Source: an uncultured delta proteobacterium (GTDB lineage Bacteria > Desulfobacterota > Binatia > Binatales > Binataceae). From it: 64,000 bases of DNA. The notes beneath the pieces were generated by a model. The model was not told the origin of the DNA and ran no database searches. It was given only the letters and a program-made list of their open reading frames with translations. Below, piece by piece: positions 19,866-29,873 of this stretch; the stretch's first letter is position 1, and the number at the start of each line of letters is the position of its first letter. The position numbers and the translations under genes were made by a program. Location of the stretch: assembly GCA_963794325.1 (NCBI GenBank), contig CAWCDG010000004.1, positions 96,001 through 160,000 of the forward strand, written 5' to 3'.

Positions 19866-22646
19866 ATGCGACAGAACGGCAAGGTCGTGCACGATGGTCA
19901 GGCGGGGCCCCGGCACGCGATGGAGCGCGAGGACGCGCTGCTGGCGGCGCTGGTCAGAACCTCGGACGACGCGATCATCAGCCTCTCGACGGAGTTCCGC
20001 ATAACGAGCTGGAATCGGGGAGCGCAAAAGCTACTCGGCTACACGGCGGAAGAGGCGATCGGCAAACGGCCGTTCGATCTTTATATTCGGCCGGGCGACC
20101 GCGCGATCGATCAGGCGAGGCTGGTGCGCGACCTCGCGATGATAAAAGAAAACCCCGAGGCCATGCGCCTGCTCGAATTGCCGCTGCAAAGGAAAGACGG
20201 CACCATCCTCGACGCGGCGATTGGTGGCAGCGGAATCTACGACGCCAGCGGAGAGCTGATCGGTTTGTCGGCGATTATGCGCGACGTTACCGAGCGCAGG
20301 CGCGTCGAGCGTGAAAGCGCGGCGCTCGCGGCAATCGTCGAGTCCTCCGACGACGCGATCACGACGATCGCACCAGACCTGTCCATCGCGTACTGGAACC
20401 GCGGCGCCGAGAAAATGTTCGGCTTCACCGCGGCGGAATCGATCGGACAGCCGTTCACGCGGAACATTGCGCCGGAGAACCATGCACAGGCGCGGGAAGT
20501 CATTGACCACCTGATGGCGCGACCGGATGAGGTGGTTCGCTTCGAAGGTCCCAACCATAGAAAAGACGGCACGTCGGTTGAGGCATCCACCGTTTGTTTT
20601 GCGATCCGCGATGCAGACGGAAAAGTGCTCGCCGTGTCGAGCATCCAGCGCGACATCAGCGAACGCATCCGCTCCGAGCGCCAGGCGGCACGACTTGCCG
20701 CGATCGTCAACGCCTCGCAGGACGCCATCATGATCGTGTCGTCTGAGTCCAAGATACTTTTTTGGAATCCGGCGGCAGAAAGTGTGTACGGTCACACGGC
20801 TGAGGAGGCGGTTGGAAAAGGCCTCGAGCTGTTCGTTCCACCCGACGAACTTGCGGAAACTATTGCCAGAACCCGGCGCGTGGTCGAGACCGGCCAGCCG
20901 GTATCCTGGGAACAGCATGGCATCGCAAACGGCACTACGTTCGTTTCCGCGGTCAATATTTTTCCGATGCGCGATACTGCCGGCAATGCGACCTGCGTAG
21001 CCGGCATAGGACGCGATATTACCGCGCTGAAGAATACCGAACGCGAGCTGGTCGCGGCGCGCGAAGCGGCGTTCGCGGCGTCGCAAGCCAAATCGGAATT
21101 CCTGTCCAGCATGTCGCACGAGATCCGCACGCCGATGACCGCGATCCTCGGGATGGCCGAGTTGCTGGCCGAGAGCGAGCTGAATACCGAGCAGCGCCGC
21201 TACATCGAAATTCTTGGCAATAACGGACGCGCGCTACTCGACCTGATCAATAGCATCCTGGATCTGGCCAAGGTCGAGAGCGGCCGGCTGACGCTCGAGC
21301 GCGTCGGCTTCGACCTGCGCGAGGTGGTGGAAAAGTCAGCGCAGACGCTCGCACTGCGCGCGCATGCGAAGGGTCTGGAGCTGAATGTCAGCATCGCGCC
21401 CGAGGTCCCGACCGCGTTGCTCGGCGATCCGCTGAGATTAAGGCAGGTGCTGATCAACCTGATCGGGAACGCGATCAAATTTACCGACCACGGCGAGGTA
21501 CTGATTTCTGTCGAACGCGATTACGCGCCGGACGATCCGATCCGATTGAAATTCAGCGTTCGCGACACCGGGATCGGAATTGCAAAGGACAAGGTCCCTG
21601 CTCTATTTGCCGCCTTCTCGCAGGCCGACTCCTCGACCGCGCGAAAGTACGGCGGCAGCGGCCTTGGACTTGCGATCGTCAAGCGCCTGGTCAACCTGAT
21701 GCAAGGCGAGGTTTCGGTGGAGAGCGAGCCGGGGATGGGCAGCGTTTTCAGCTTCACTTCGCTTTTCGAGATGAACCCGGACGCGCCCGTCGCGTCGCCC
21801 TGGCCGGACCTTGCCGAAGTGCAGGTTCTAATCGTCGACGACCAACCGGCCGGGCGCGCCGTGCTACGCGAGATGCTCGCCGGGCATGGGGCAAGCGTCG
21901 TCGAAGCCACGTCGTATCAAGAAAGCATGAAGGCAATCGCGCGGGCCGTCGCGGCGGGACGGCCGCCACGGATCGTGCTGCTCGACGATCGAATCGCTTC
22001 ACCGGGCACCGGTGGGATTGCGCGACTGATCGCGGCGGCATCGCACTGCGGGGCGTCGATCATAGCAACGATCCATTGCGATAACCTGGCCGCCGATATT
22101 TCGCGGCTCAAATCGTTGAAGGTCGAAACCTACCTGGTCAAGCCGATTGATATGAGCGAACTTGCCAAAGTGGTTCGCGGCGCGATCGCGGGCGAAACCG
22201 GTGAAGCGCCACAGAACCACCGCGCCGCGATCAATCCGCAGCCGCCGCCAGTCATCGACCAACCGCTCAAAATTCTGTTTGCCGACGATTCAGCCGACAA
22301 CCGGACGCTGATCCGCGCTTTTCTGAAGAAGACGCCCTACCATCTCGACGAAGTCGAAAACGGCCGGCAAGCGATCGACGCCTTCATCGCGGCCGGTGAC
22401 TACGACCTGGTGCTGATGGACATCCAGATGCCGGAAGTTGATGGGTACGCCGCGACGCGTGCGATTCGCGATTGGGAGCGCGAGCACAATCGCAAGCGTA
22501 CTCCGATAATCGCGCTGACCGCGTCGGTGTTCAACGAAGCGGTCCGCCTCACCCGCGCCGCGGGATGCGACGCGCACGTGGGCAAGCCGATCAGCAAGGT
22601 AACGCTGCTGCGCGCGATATACGATGCGGCGGACGCTCAGGCCTGA
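19866..22646 (+). CDS. Cytoplasmic hybrid histidine kinase (3 PAS, HisKA, HATPase, 2 REC)
   Basis: Three S.DAI/WN.GAE PAS repeats, FLSSMSHEIRTP, NAIKFT, DTGIG, GGSGLGL, LMDIQMP. Confidence 0.95.
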   Translation: MRQNGKVVHDGQAGPRHAMEREDALLAALVRTSDDAIISLSTEFRITSWNRGAQKLLGYTAEEAIGKRPFDLYIRPGDRAIDQARLVRDLAMIKENPEAMRLLELPLQRKDGTILDAAIGGSGIYDASGELIGLSAIMRDVTERRRVERESAALAAIVESSDDAITTIAPDLSIAYWNRGAEKMFGFTAAESIGQPFTRNIAPENHAQAREVIDHLMARPDEVVRFEGPNHRKDGTSVEASTVCFAIRDADGKVLAVSSIQRDISERIRSERQAARLAAIVNASQDAIMIVSSESKILFWNPAAESVYGHTAEEAVGKGLELFVPPDELAETIARTRRVVETGQPVSWEQHGIANGTTFVSAVNIFPMRDTAGNATCVAGIGRDITALKNTERELVAAREAAFAASQAKSEFLSSMSHEIRTPMTAILGMAELLAESELNTEQRRYIEILGNNGRALLDLINSILDLAKVESGRLTLERVGFDLREVVEKSAQTLALRAHAKGLELNVSIAPEVPTALLGDPLRLRQVLINLIGNAIKFTDHGEVLISVERDYAPDDPIRLKFSVRDTGIGIAKDKVPALFAAFSQADSSTARKYGGSGLGLAIVKRLVNLMQGEVSVESEPGMGSVFSFTSLFEMNPDAPVASPWPDLAEVQVLIVDDQPAGRAVLREMLAGHGASVVEATSYQESMKAIARAVAAGRPPRIVLLDDRIASPGTGGIARLIAAASHCGASIIATIHCDNLAADISRLKSLKVETYLVKPIDMSELAKVVRGAIAGETGEAPQNHRAAINPQPPPVIDQPLKILFADDSADNRTLIRAFLKKTPYHLDEVENGRQAIDAFIAAGDYDLVLMDIQMPEVDGYAATRAIRDWEREHNRKRTPIIALTASVFNEAVRLTRAAGCDAHVGKPISKVTLLRAIYDAADAQA

Positions 22647-23188
22647 CTGTTGAGTTGACGGATATACTTGCCCACGCCGCTCATGTAATCGCGCTTGCCG
22701 ATATCGACACCGTTGTGGCGCAGGATGTCGTAGGCGGTGACGACGTGGAAATAGAAATGCGGCAGCGCCCAATCCCGCAAAAACTGGAGGCCGTTCATTT
22801 CGAACTCGATGTTGTTTTCAGGGATTGGAATCGTGATCTTGCGATTCTCTGCGCCCTCGAACGCACTCTCGCGCGCGCTATTTATGTACTCGATGGTTTT
22901 GGCGATGCGGGCATTCAGATCGTCGAGCGTCTTCTCGTTATTCTCGAACTGCGGCGGATTCTGACCCGCGAGGCGCGCGGTCGCATCCGTGGCCTGATCG
23001 CAGGCGAGCTGCACCTGTTGCGCGAGCGTATACATATCCGGCGCCAGGCGCGCATTCACCAGCGCATCGGGATCGGACTTTTTGGCGCGTGCGTGCTCGG
23101 CTCCCTTGTCCAGAACCTCGGAGAGCGAGCGCAGCATCGGCACAAATGTCTCCGCCCCAAATGTGTATAGAGAGATTTTCACGGTCAC
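22637..23188 (-). CDS. DUF1993 family protein
   Basis: ARLAPDM..L..QVQ.ACD, LPHFYFHVVTAYDILRHNGV.IGKRDY. Confidence 0.9.
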   Translation of the reverse strand: MTVKISLYTFGAETFVPMLRSLSEVLDKGAEHARAKKSDPDALVNARLAPDMYTLAQQVQLACDQATDATARLAGQNPPQFENNEKTLDDLNARIAKTIEYINSARESAFEGAENRKITIPIPENNIEFEMNGLQFLRDWALPHFYFHVVTAYDILRHNGVDIGKRDYMSGVGKYIRQLNSQA

Positions 23189-23348
23189 TCCTTTTTCTTG
23201 TGGGTGATGCGCGTTGAACGCGCGCGATCGCTTCCATTACTTACAACGATGCTCGGCGTCCGGCAATTTCGATATTGCTGTTGAACGCCGGTTTGCCTCT
23301 GGGGGAAATCCCGGCTAATCAGGATGCCCTGAATTGGGGTGACGCATC

Positions 23349-24647
23349 TTGGGGGGAACCCGGTTTCGAAGGTTTGTCGCGACGATCGCACTAGCGTGCG
23401 TAGCCGCCGCTCTGTTCTGCAACCTGGCCTTTTCGCAGGATGATGAATTGAGCGGCGACGAGGTCGCAGTGGTGAAAGCTCGCGTTCAGAAGATTCGCGG
23501 GCTCAAAATCAAACACGATGTGCCGGTGACGTATCTCAGCGTCGCGGAAACCGAGGCCCGGTTCCGAACCCAGTTCGCCAAGCAGATAAGCCAGGAAGAG
23601 ATCGACACCGGTGTCGAAGAAAACAAGATGATCGGTCTGCTTCCGCCCGACTTGAAAATCGAGCGCAAAGACCTGGCCGACATGACGCTGGAGCTGGCCG
23701 GCTTCTACGACGACCATCACAAGGACATCGTCATTATCGATCGGCCGCTGGCGGTCGCCCTGCCCGAGCGATATCGAAATGTCGTCACGCAGATGAGAAA
23801 GCTGGACACCATGGGGACCCTCGGGCACGAACTTACTCATGCGCTCCAGGACCAATACTTCGACATCGGCGCGGCGCAAAAGAAATACAAGGACAACAGC
23901 GATCAAGAGCTGGCCTACAAGGCTATCGTCGAGGGCGACGCGACCCTGTCGGGATTTTCAGTAGTGACCGGACGCGTCGACGATCAGACCATCGACTACT
24001 TCGATTCGCATCTGCAGGAAATCGTGCCGATATTCATGGGACGCATGGAAGGCAAGCCGCGCGCGATGACCTACCCTTTTGTTTTTCAATACACCGAGGG
24101 CGCCCGCTTCGTCGCCGAAGCTTACCATCACAAGAAATGGGAGAGCGTCGATGCGCTGTTCAATGGGCCACCGCTCTCGACGCAGCAGATCATGCATCCC
24201 GAGCTCTACTTCGACCATCCGACTCCCGCCCTGACGGTCAAGCTCACCGGGTACGAAAAGGTTCTGCGCGATTGGAAAAAAGTTGACGAGGACACGCTGG
24301 GCGAGCTGATGCTCAAGATCATGCTGGAGCGGACGATGGGCGAAGATACGCCGTACGTGCAGGCGTCGGAGAAATGGGCGGGCGATCGGATCGTCGCGCT
24401 GCAAAAGGGGAAATCGCTGACCGTGCTCTGGATGATCGTGTTCCGCAACGCGGGCGCCGCCGACACCTTCGCCCAGCTCTATACGCAAATCCTCGACAAG
24501 GTCCTTGTCGGCACTACGGCCCGGAAGATCGAACAGCGCGGTCCGGCGGTGTTCGCAATGATCGGCGACGGCGCAATCCGCAATCGCGAATATCTGCCGG
24601 AAGTGTGGAAGCAAAGCAGCGTCGACGGCGCACAGATCGGACCTTAG
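23349..24647 (+). CDS. Secreted zincin-like metallopeptidase
   Basis: Signal peptide; GFYD, HELTHALQDQ, EGDA, FQY.EG, P.ST.QI.HPE.Y, W.GDR. Confidence 0.75.
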   Translation: MGGTRFRRFVATIALACVAAALFCNLAFSQDDELSGDEVAVVKARVQKIRGLKIKHDVPVTYLSVAETEARFRTQFAKQISQEEIDTGVEENKMIGLLPPDLKIERKDLADMTLELAGFYDDHHKDIVIIDRPLAVALPERYRNVVTQMRKLDTMGTLGHELTHALQDQYFDIGAAQKKYKDNSDQELAYKAIVEGDATLSGFSVVTGRVDDQTIDYFDSHLQEIVPIFMGRMEGKPRAMTYPFVFQYTEGARFVAEAYHHKKWESVDALFNGPPLSTQQIMHPELYFDHPTPALTVKLTGYEKVLRDWKKVDEDTLGELMLKIMLERTMGEDTPYVQASEKWAGDRIVALQKGKSLTVLWMIVFRNAGAADTFAQLYTQILDKVLVGTTARKIEQRGPAVFAMIGDGAIRNREYLPEVWKQSSVDGAQIGP

Positions 24648-24804
24648 GAATCGCCTACCAACCCCGACTAAGGCATCCTGGTCTCAGCTCGATCCGCCAC
24701 CTTGACGATCCCGGCTCCACGGCGTGTGGTGTAGGGCGACAGATCAGGCGCGGATAAATGCGAGCGCCTCGCTGTTGAAGCGAGGCGCTCATACTCGAGG
24801 ACTT

Positions 24805-25149
24805 TTAGTTTCGGTTGTAGCAGTTGGCTCGCGCCTGAGCAGCTTCCTCTTCTACATCTTGAGCCGCGGCAGGATGCCCCGTGCTCCGATCACGCCACAC
24901 CTGCGCCTGGAGGCTGCGAGCGCGGTCGCAGGCATATCGCTTACCGCCATATTCGTAGTATCCCTTGTGCCAACCATGATTGGCGTACCCGTCGCGGTCG
25001 TTCCTGTAGTGATCCCACCACCAATCGACCTTCTGGATGTGATTTGAATTCGCGCTGTAAGACGATTGCGCAAATGCCGGCGCGGTCATTGGCAGCGCCA
25101 GCATCGCACCGCCTAACAGACTCGTAATCAACGTTCTCTTCAGTTTCAT
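24805..25149 (-). CDS. Small secreted hypothetical protein (114 aa)
   Basis: GGAGGT RBS; MKLKRTLITSLLGGAMLALPMTAPAFA signal peptide; aromatic-rich segment and two Cys. Confidence 0.75.
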   Translation of the reverse strand: MKLKRTLITSLLGGAMLALPMTAPAFAQSSYSANSNHIQKVDWWWDHYRNDRDGYANHGWHKGYYEYGGKRYACDRARSLQAQVWRDRSTGHPAAAQDVEEEAAQARANCYNRN

Positions 25150-25387
25150 GCGAGGTACCTCCAACTCCTGGCAAGCATCATCGGTGCCAGATTCGGATCG
25201 CACCAAAAACTTGAAAATCAAAGAGTTGTTCAAAGCGATCGCTGAATCCTCGTATGAAATACGGTCTGCCTGATCGGCAAAAAATACAAATTTCCGATCA
25301 GTCAAAGGCGCCTTCAAGCTGCCGATTGACTTGGGGCGGTCACGCGCGGATATTCTCATCAACTCCCTGACGGGGGGTGCACACGCA

Positions 25388-25459
25388 ATGAATAACCAAT
25401 TCAAAGATCTTGCCGAATCACGCATGAGTGCGCCCCCGCTGAGCAACAGTCGCCGGTAA
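25388..25459 (+). CDS. Putative 23-aa leader peptide MNNQFKDLAESRMSAPPLSNSRR
   Basis: GGGGGG about 10 nt upstream of ATG; stops 28 nt before a terminator hairpin in the RIO1 leader. Confidence 0.4.
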   Translation: MNNQFKDLAESRMSAPPLSNSRR

Positions 25460-25486
25460 GCAGCCGGAAATTCCCCGACATCGTGG

Positions 25487-25517
25487 CCACGGAGGCGAAA
25501 GCTCCCGTGGTTTTTTT
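25487..25517 (+). terminator. Intrinsic terminator/attenuator upstream of RIO1 kinase
   Basis: CCACGGAGGC-GAAA-GCTCCCGTGG stem (one mismatch) followed by T7. Confidence 0.75.
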
Positions 25518-25679
25518 ATTTCCGTTGTCCGCTGCGCGCGGAAGCCATGCGCATGCGCGATTCGAGCAATCAAATTTTCGAAACTCGCAAACGGAGGATG
25601 AAGCCATGAGGAAAGGTACCCAACAAAAAATGAAAGATGCGCGAACGCAACATCTAACTATTGAGGAACGAGAAAAGAG

Positions 25680-26423
25680 ATGACCACTGCTTTAGAGATC
25701 GATCAAGGATTACTCGATGCGTTTATCGGTGATGGATCGATAAGCGACGTCCTTTACGTGGTGCGGAGCGGGAAGGAGGCGACTGTCTATTGTTGCCGCG
25801 GCGCGGAGGCGTCCGGCGGCGGGCTGGTTGCGGCGAAAGTCTACCGTCCGCTCGAGCGGCGTAATTTTCACAACGATGCAATTTACCAGACCGGGCGTGA
25901 CGCGATACTGAGCAGCCGGACCAAACGCGCGCTCGCGAACAAGAGCCGTCACGGGCGCGACGTGCAGTACGGAACCTGGATCAACGCCGAATTTCAGACC
26001 ATGCGGTTGCTCCACGGCGCGGGCGCCGATGTGCCCGAGGTATTTTCACGATCCAACGGCGCGATCCTGATGCAATATTTCGGCGATGAGGAGGCGGCGG
26101 CGCCGATGATCAATCGCGTCACGCTGCCGCGCGAGAACGCGGACAAATTCCTGCGCCAGATTATCGACAACGTCACTCTGTGGCTCGCGAACGATCTGGT
26201 GCATGGCGACTTGTCGCCGTACAACCTGCTTTACTGGGAGAATCGAATCGTCGCGATCGATTTTCCGCAGGCGGTTGATGCGCGGGTTAATCCAGCGGCG
26301 AGGTCGCTGCTACTTCGCGATCTGGAAAACGTGTGCGGGCATTTCTCGAAATACGGCATTCGCGCGGATGCGACGAGAATCGCGAATGCAATGTGGGCCA
26401 ACTACCAAACCGGGAGACTATGA
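25680..26423 (+). CDS. RIO1 family Ser/Thr kinase
   Basis: SGKEATVY, AAKVYRP, VHGDLSPYNLL, IDFPQAVD. Confidence 0.92.
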   Translation: MTTALEIDQGLLDAFIGDGSISDVLYVVRSGKEATVYCCRGAEASGGGLVAAKVYRPLERRNFHNDAIYQTGRDAILSSRTKRALANKSRHGRDVQYGTWINAEFQTMRLLHGAGADVPEVFSRSNGAILMQYFGDEEAAAPMINRVTLPRENADKFLRQIIDNVTLWLANDLVHGDLSPYNLLYWENRIVAIDFPQAVDARVNPAARSLLLRDLENVCGHFSKYGIRADATRIANAMWANYQTGRL

Positions 26424-26479
26424 GCTCGTCGTCTCGCATTCGTGAAGAGGTGGCGATTAAATGAAAACCGTGATCAGGC

Positions 26480-27400
26480 ATGGCAAGACAAATCGGTCCA
26501 GTTAAAGCGCGCATCGAATACACCGGCATTACCGCCGTCACGGCGGCGCTGCGTGCGATGCCGTTGGAACGCGCGGTGCGAGCGGGCGCGCGGCTGGGCG
26601 GATGGGCGATGAATTTCGATCGTCCCAACCGGCCGATCGCGCTCAAAAATCTCGCGATCGCTTTCCCTGAAATGACCGCGGCGGCGCGCCTCAATATCCT
26701 GCGCAAGATGTATCGGAGTTGGGGCCGCGTGCTTGCCGAGTGGACTCACTTGCCCGAGCTCAGCCGCGCCAACGTCGAGCAGGTCGCGACTTACGAGGGC
26801 AAGGAAAATTGGGACGAGGCCGAGCGCCGATCCAACGGCCGCGGCTTGTTCGTGCTGACCGGACATTTCGGAAATTTCGAGCTCATGCAGATTGCGCAAT
26901 CGGTGTACGGCTACCGGCTCGCGATAGTGCATCGCGCACTGCGCAATCCGCTGATCGACGCCGCAATCGCGACCCAGCGCGTCCGCTACGGCAACAAAAT
27001 TATCGAGCGCAAGGCCGGCGGGCGCGAGATGATGCGCATGCTGCGGCAGAACTGGATGATCGCGATCGCGCTCGATCTCGACGTGCGCAAAGGAGTGTTC
27101 GTCGATTTCTTCGGGCTGCCGGCCTCGACCAGCGACGGCATCGCACGGCTGTCGATAGTCACCGGCGCGCCGGTGTTGCCGGTGTTCATGGTGCGCCAAG
27201 GCGATTCGGTTCATCACAAGATCACGATTCTGCCCGCCTTCTATCCCGAGAAAACTCGCAACCGCGAGGCGCTGGTGCGCGAGTACACGCAGCAATACAC
27301 CACCACGCTCGAGCAGATGATCCGCGCGCATCCCGATCACTGGAACTGGATTCACCGGCGATGGAAAACGCGCCCGCCGGGGGAATCGCGCTTCTACTAG
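26480..27400 (+). CDS. Lipid A late acyltransferase (LpxL/HtrB family)
   Basis: NL.IAFPE, GHFGNFE, FVDFFG, P..W.WIHRRWK. Confidence 0.88.
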   Translation: MARQIGPVKARIEYTGITAVTAALRAMPLERAVRAGARLGGWAMNFDRPNRPIALKNLAIAFPEMTAAARLNILRKMYRSWGRVLAEWTHLPELSRANVEQVATYEGKENWDEAERRSNGRGLFVLTGHFGNFELMQIAQSVYGYRLAIVHRALRNPLIDAAIATQRVRYGNKIIERKAGGREMMRMLRQNWMIAIALDLDVRKGVFVDFFGLPASTSDGIARLSIVTGAPVLPVFMVRQGDSVHHKITILPAFYPEKTRNREALVREYTQQYTTTLEQMIRAHPDHWNWIHRRWKTRPPGESRFY

Positions 27401-27528
27401 ATCGCACGCCGCAAGCCGGCTCGCTACAAAGTACAAGTTTCAATATTTGACTTCTGTAACTTAATCGAGCACACTCGCTCCTATCAGTACTCGACAGCAG
27501 CAACCCGACGCTGAAAGGAACAAACACT

Positions 27529-28407
27529 ATGATTGAAGCGAAGCTTGGCGGCCGGTTTACGTTCCCCGGCACCTCATTGACAGTCCATCGAATTGGCTAT
27601 GGCGCGATGCAGCTGGCCGGCCCCGGCGTGTGGGGACCGCCCCAGGATCCCGACGCCGCCATCGCCGTCCTGCGCGAGGCCGTCGCGGCCGGCGTGAACC
27701 ATATCGACACGTCCGACTACTATGGCCCGCACGTCACCAATCAGATCATCCGGAAGGCCCTCCATCCGTACCCGGCCGGACTGGTGATCGTCACCAAGCT
27801 CGGGGGCCGCCGCCCTCCCGACAAGTCGTGGCAGAAGGCCATCTCGCCCCAAGAGCTGACCGCCGGCGTGCACGACAACCTCCGCAACCTGGGCCTGGAC
27901 GCGCTCGACATCGTCAACTACCGCGTGATGGGCTCGGGCCATGGCATCGAGGAGGGGTCGATCGCCGAGCAGGTGACGGTGCTGGCCGACCTGCGGCGCG
28001 AAGGGCTGATCCGTCACATCGGCCTGAGCAACGTCACGGCCTCCCAGGTAGCCGAGGCGCAAGCGATCACCGAAGTCGTATGCGTGCAGAACCTCTACAA
28101 CCTGGCCTACCGCGACGACGACGCCCTGATCGACGACCTGGCTCGCCAGCGCATCGCGTATGTGCCGTTCTTCCCGCTCGGCGGGTTCTCGCGCCTGCAG
28201 TCGTCCACGCTGTCGTCCGTCGCGAGCCGGCTCGGGTGTACGCCGATGCAGGTCGCGCTGGCGTGGCTGCTGCACCGATCGCCCAACATTCTGCTGATCC
28301 CCGGCACGTCGTCGGTCGCGCACCTCCGCGAAAACCTGGCCGCCGGTGAGTTGACGCTGTCGCCGCAGACTTTGGCGGAACTGGATGGGATCGCCGCCGA
28401 GGCGTAA
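27529..28407 (+). CDS. Aldo/keto reductase (YdbC-like)
   Basis: IGYGAMQLAGPGVWGPP, IDTSDYYGP, IRHIGLSN, LIPGTSSV.HL.ENL. Confidence 0.92.
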   Translation: MIEAKLGGRFTFPGTSLTVHRIGYGAMQLAGPGVWGPPQDPDAAIAVLREAVAAGVNHIDTSDYYGPHVTNQIIRKALHPYPAGLVIVTKLGGRRPPDKSWQKAISPQELTAGVHDNLRNLGLDALDIVNYRVMGSGHGIEEGSIAEQVTVLADLRREGLIRHIGLSNVTASQVAEAQAITEVVCVQNLYNLAYRDDDALIDDLARQRIAYVPFFPLGGFSRLQSSTLSSVASRLGCTPMQVALAWLLHRSPNILLIPGTSSVAHLRENLAAGELTLSPQTLAELDGIAAEA

Positions 28408-28437
28408 CAGGCGGGACTTCAACATCACCGCTCAGCT

Positions 28438-29076
28438 ATGAAAAGAGAATCGACAGCGCGTGCACAGGTGCTCACACCCGGCGTTGATACCCCGCTCACT
28501 CGCGATCGGATCGTCGCTGCGGCCGAGGACGTCCTCCGCCGGTTCGGCCCGGCCAAGGCGACCGTTGTGGACGTGGCCCGGGCGCTGGGAGTGAGTCACG
28601 CGGCCGTTTACCGTCACGTGGCGACCAAGGCCGAGCTGCGCGACCTGGTCGTCGCCCGGTGGGTGGAGGCGACGATGCCCCCGCTGCGGGCCATCGCAAG
28701 TGGGCCCGGCCCGGCCCCGCAGCGGTTACGACGGCTGATCGACGCCCTGATCGGCGTCAAACGCCGGCGGGCCACTGACGATCCTGAGCTGTTCGCCGCC
28801 TATAGGACGCTGTCGGCCGATGCCCAGTCCATTGTCGCCGCCCACATCGCGGAGTTGGTCGGGCTGGCCGCGATGGTCATCCGCTCCGGCGTAAAGGAAC
28901 GCACGTTCCGCGCCGTCGATCCCGTGGCCGCCGGCCGGGCGGTGCTGTTTGCCACGTCCCGGTTCCATCACCCGGCCCACGCGGCCGAGTGGGTCGACCC
29001 TTCCATTGACGCGGCATACAACGACGTCTGGCAACTCTTGATGAACGGGCTGCGCGTCGCGAAGATCCGCAGTTAG
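28438..29076 (+). CDS. TetR family transcriptional regulator
   Basis: HTH: LRRFGPAKATVVDVARALGVSHAAVYRH. Confidence 0.92.
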   Translation: MKRESTARAQVLTPGVDTPLTRDRIVAAAEDVLRRFGPAKATVVDVARALGVSHAAVYRHVATKAELRDLVVARWVEATMPPLRAIASGPGPAPQRLRRLIDALIGVKRRRATDDPELFAAYRTLSADAQSIVAAHIAELVGLAAMVIRSGVKERTFRAVDPVAAGRAVLFATSRFHHPAHAAEWVDPSIDAAYNDVWQLLMNGLRVAKIRS

Positions 29077-29095
29077 AGCGGCGCGCGGGTCCAAA

Positions 29096-29873
29096 TCATA
29101 ACGTCACTTTTGGCGGAGGCGATGACGCGAACTCGGATTTGAGGGCGTCGTAACTCTTTAGATCGTCCATCGTGCGGAAGTATCCGCTGTGAACGTAGCC
29201 GAAGACCGGTTGCGCACGGGATACCATCGGAGCGAACAGGCCCTCCATCAGGCTCCACGGGGTGGCGCGCGGAACGAGATCGAGGACCGCGGGCTCAGCG
29301 ACTATCACGCCGCAATACATGAAGGGCGAGAGCGTCGCGGCGATGGCGTCGTCGAGGTCAGAGGGAAAGTCGTCGTACTGAAGCGGGTCGCGGCGCGTCA
29401 GCAATCGCATCCGGCGAAGTCTTTTGTCGGCATCGATCTCGAGACGGCTGTAGTAGTCGAGATTCGCGGGATGGAACAGTGCGATGGTGGCGAGCGCCAG
29501 CGTGGCCGCGATGGAACGCGAGCATCGCGCGCAGATCCAGATCGAGGATGGTGTCGCTGTTGGCGATTACGAACGTGTCGTCGCCCAAAAAATCGCGCAG
29601 GCCGTTGAGCGGGCCGCCGGTGCCCAGCAGGACCGGCTCGGGCGCGTACCTGATGCGAAGACCGAGTTGCGAGCCGTCGCCGAGTCCGCGCTGAATCACC
29701 GGCGCGAGGTGATGAAGGTTGATCGCGACATCGGTAACGCCGGCGCGCCGGAGCATCGCGAGCGGATAATGGATCAGCGGATGCCCACCGAGCTCGAGCA
29801 TCGGCTTTGGCGTCACATCAGTCAGCGGGCGAAGCCGCTCACCCATCCCGGCTGCGAGTACCAACGCTCTCAT
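29096..29873 (-). CDS. murU: MurU-like nucleotidyltransferase; frameshift near 29500
   Basis: LAAGMGERLRPLT...PKP, LGTGG, N.D; continues in another frame as ALATIALFHP...YCGV; directly downstream of amgK. Confidence 0.75.

Noticed and set aside
25440-25520. Known metabolite riboswitch (SAM, cobalamin, c-di-GMP)
   Set aside because: Consensus motifs not recognisable by eye; an Rfam scan would settle it
27574-28428. Long antisense or alternate-frame ORFs (also 26474-27436, 37186-38514, 42691-44127, 50997-52283)
   Set aside because: Typical stop-poor shadows of real genes in high-GC DNA, with no recognisable motifs
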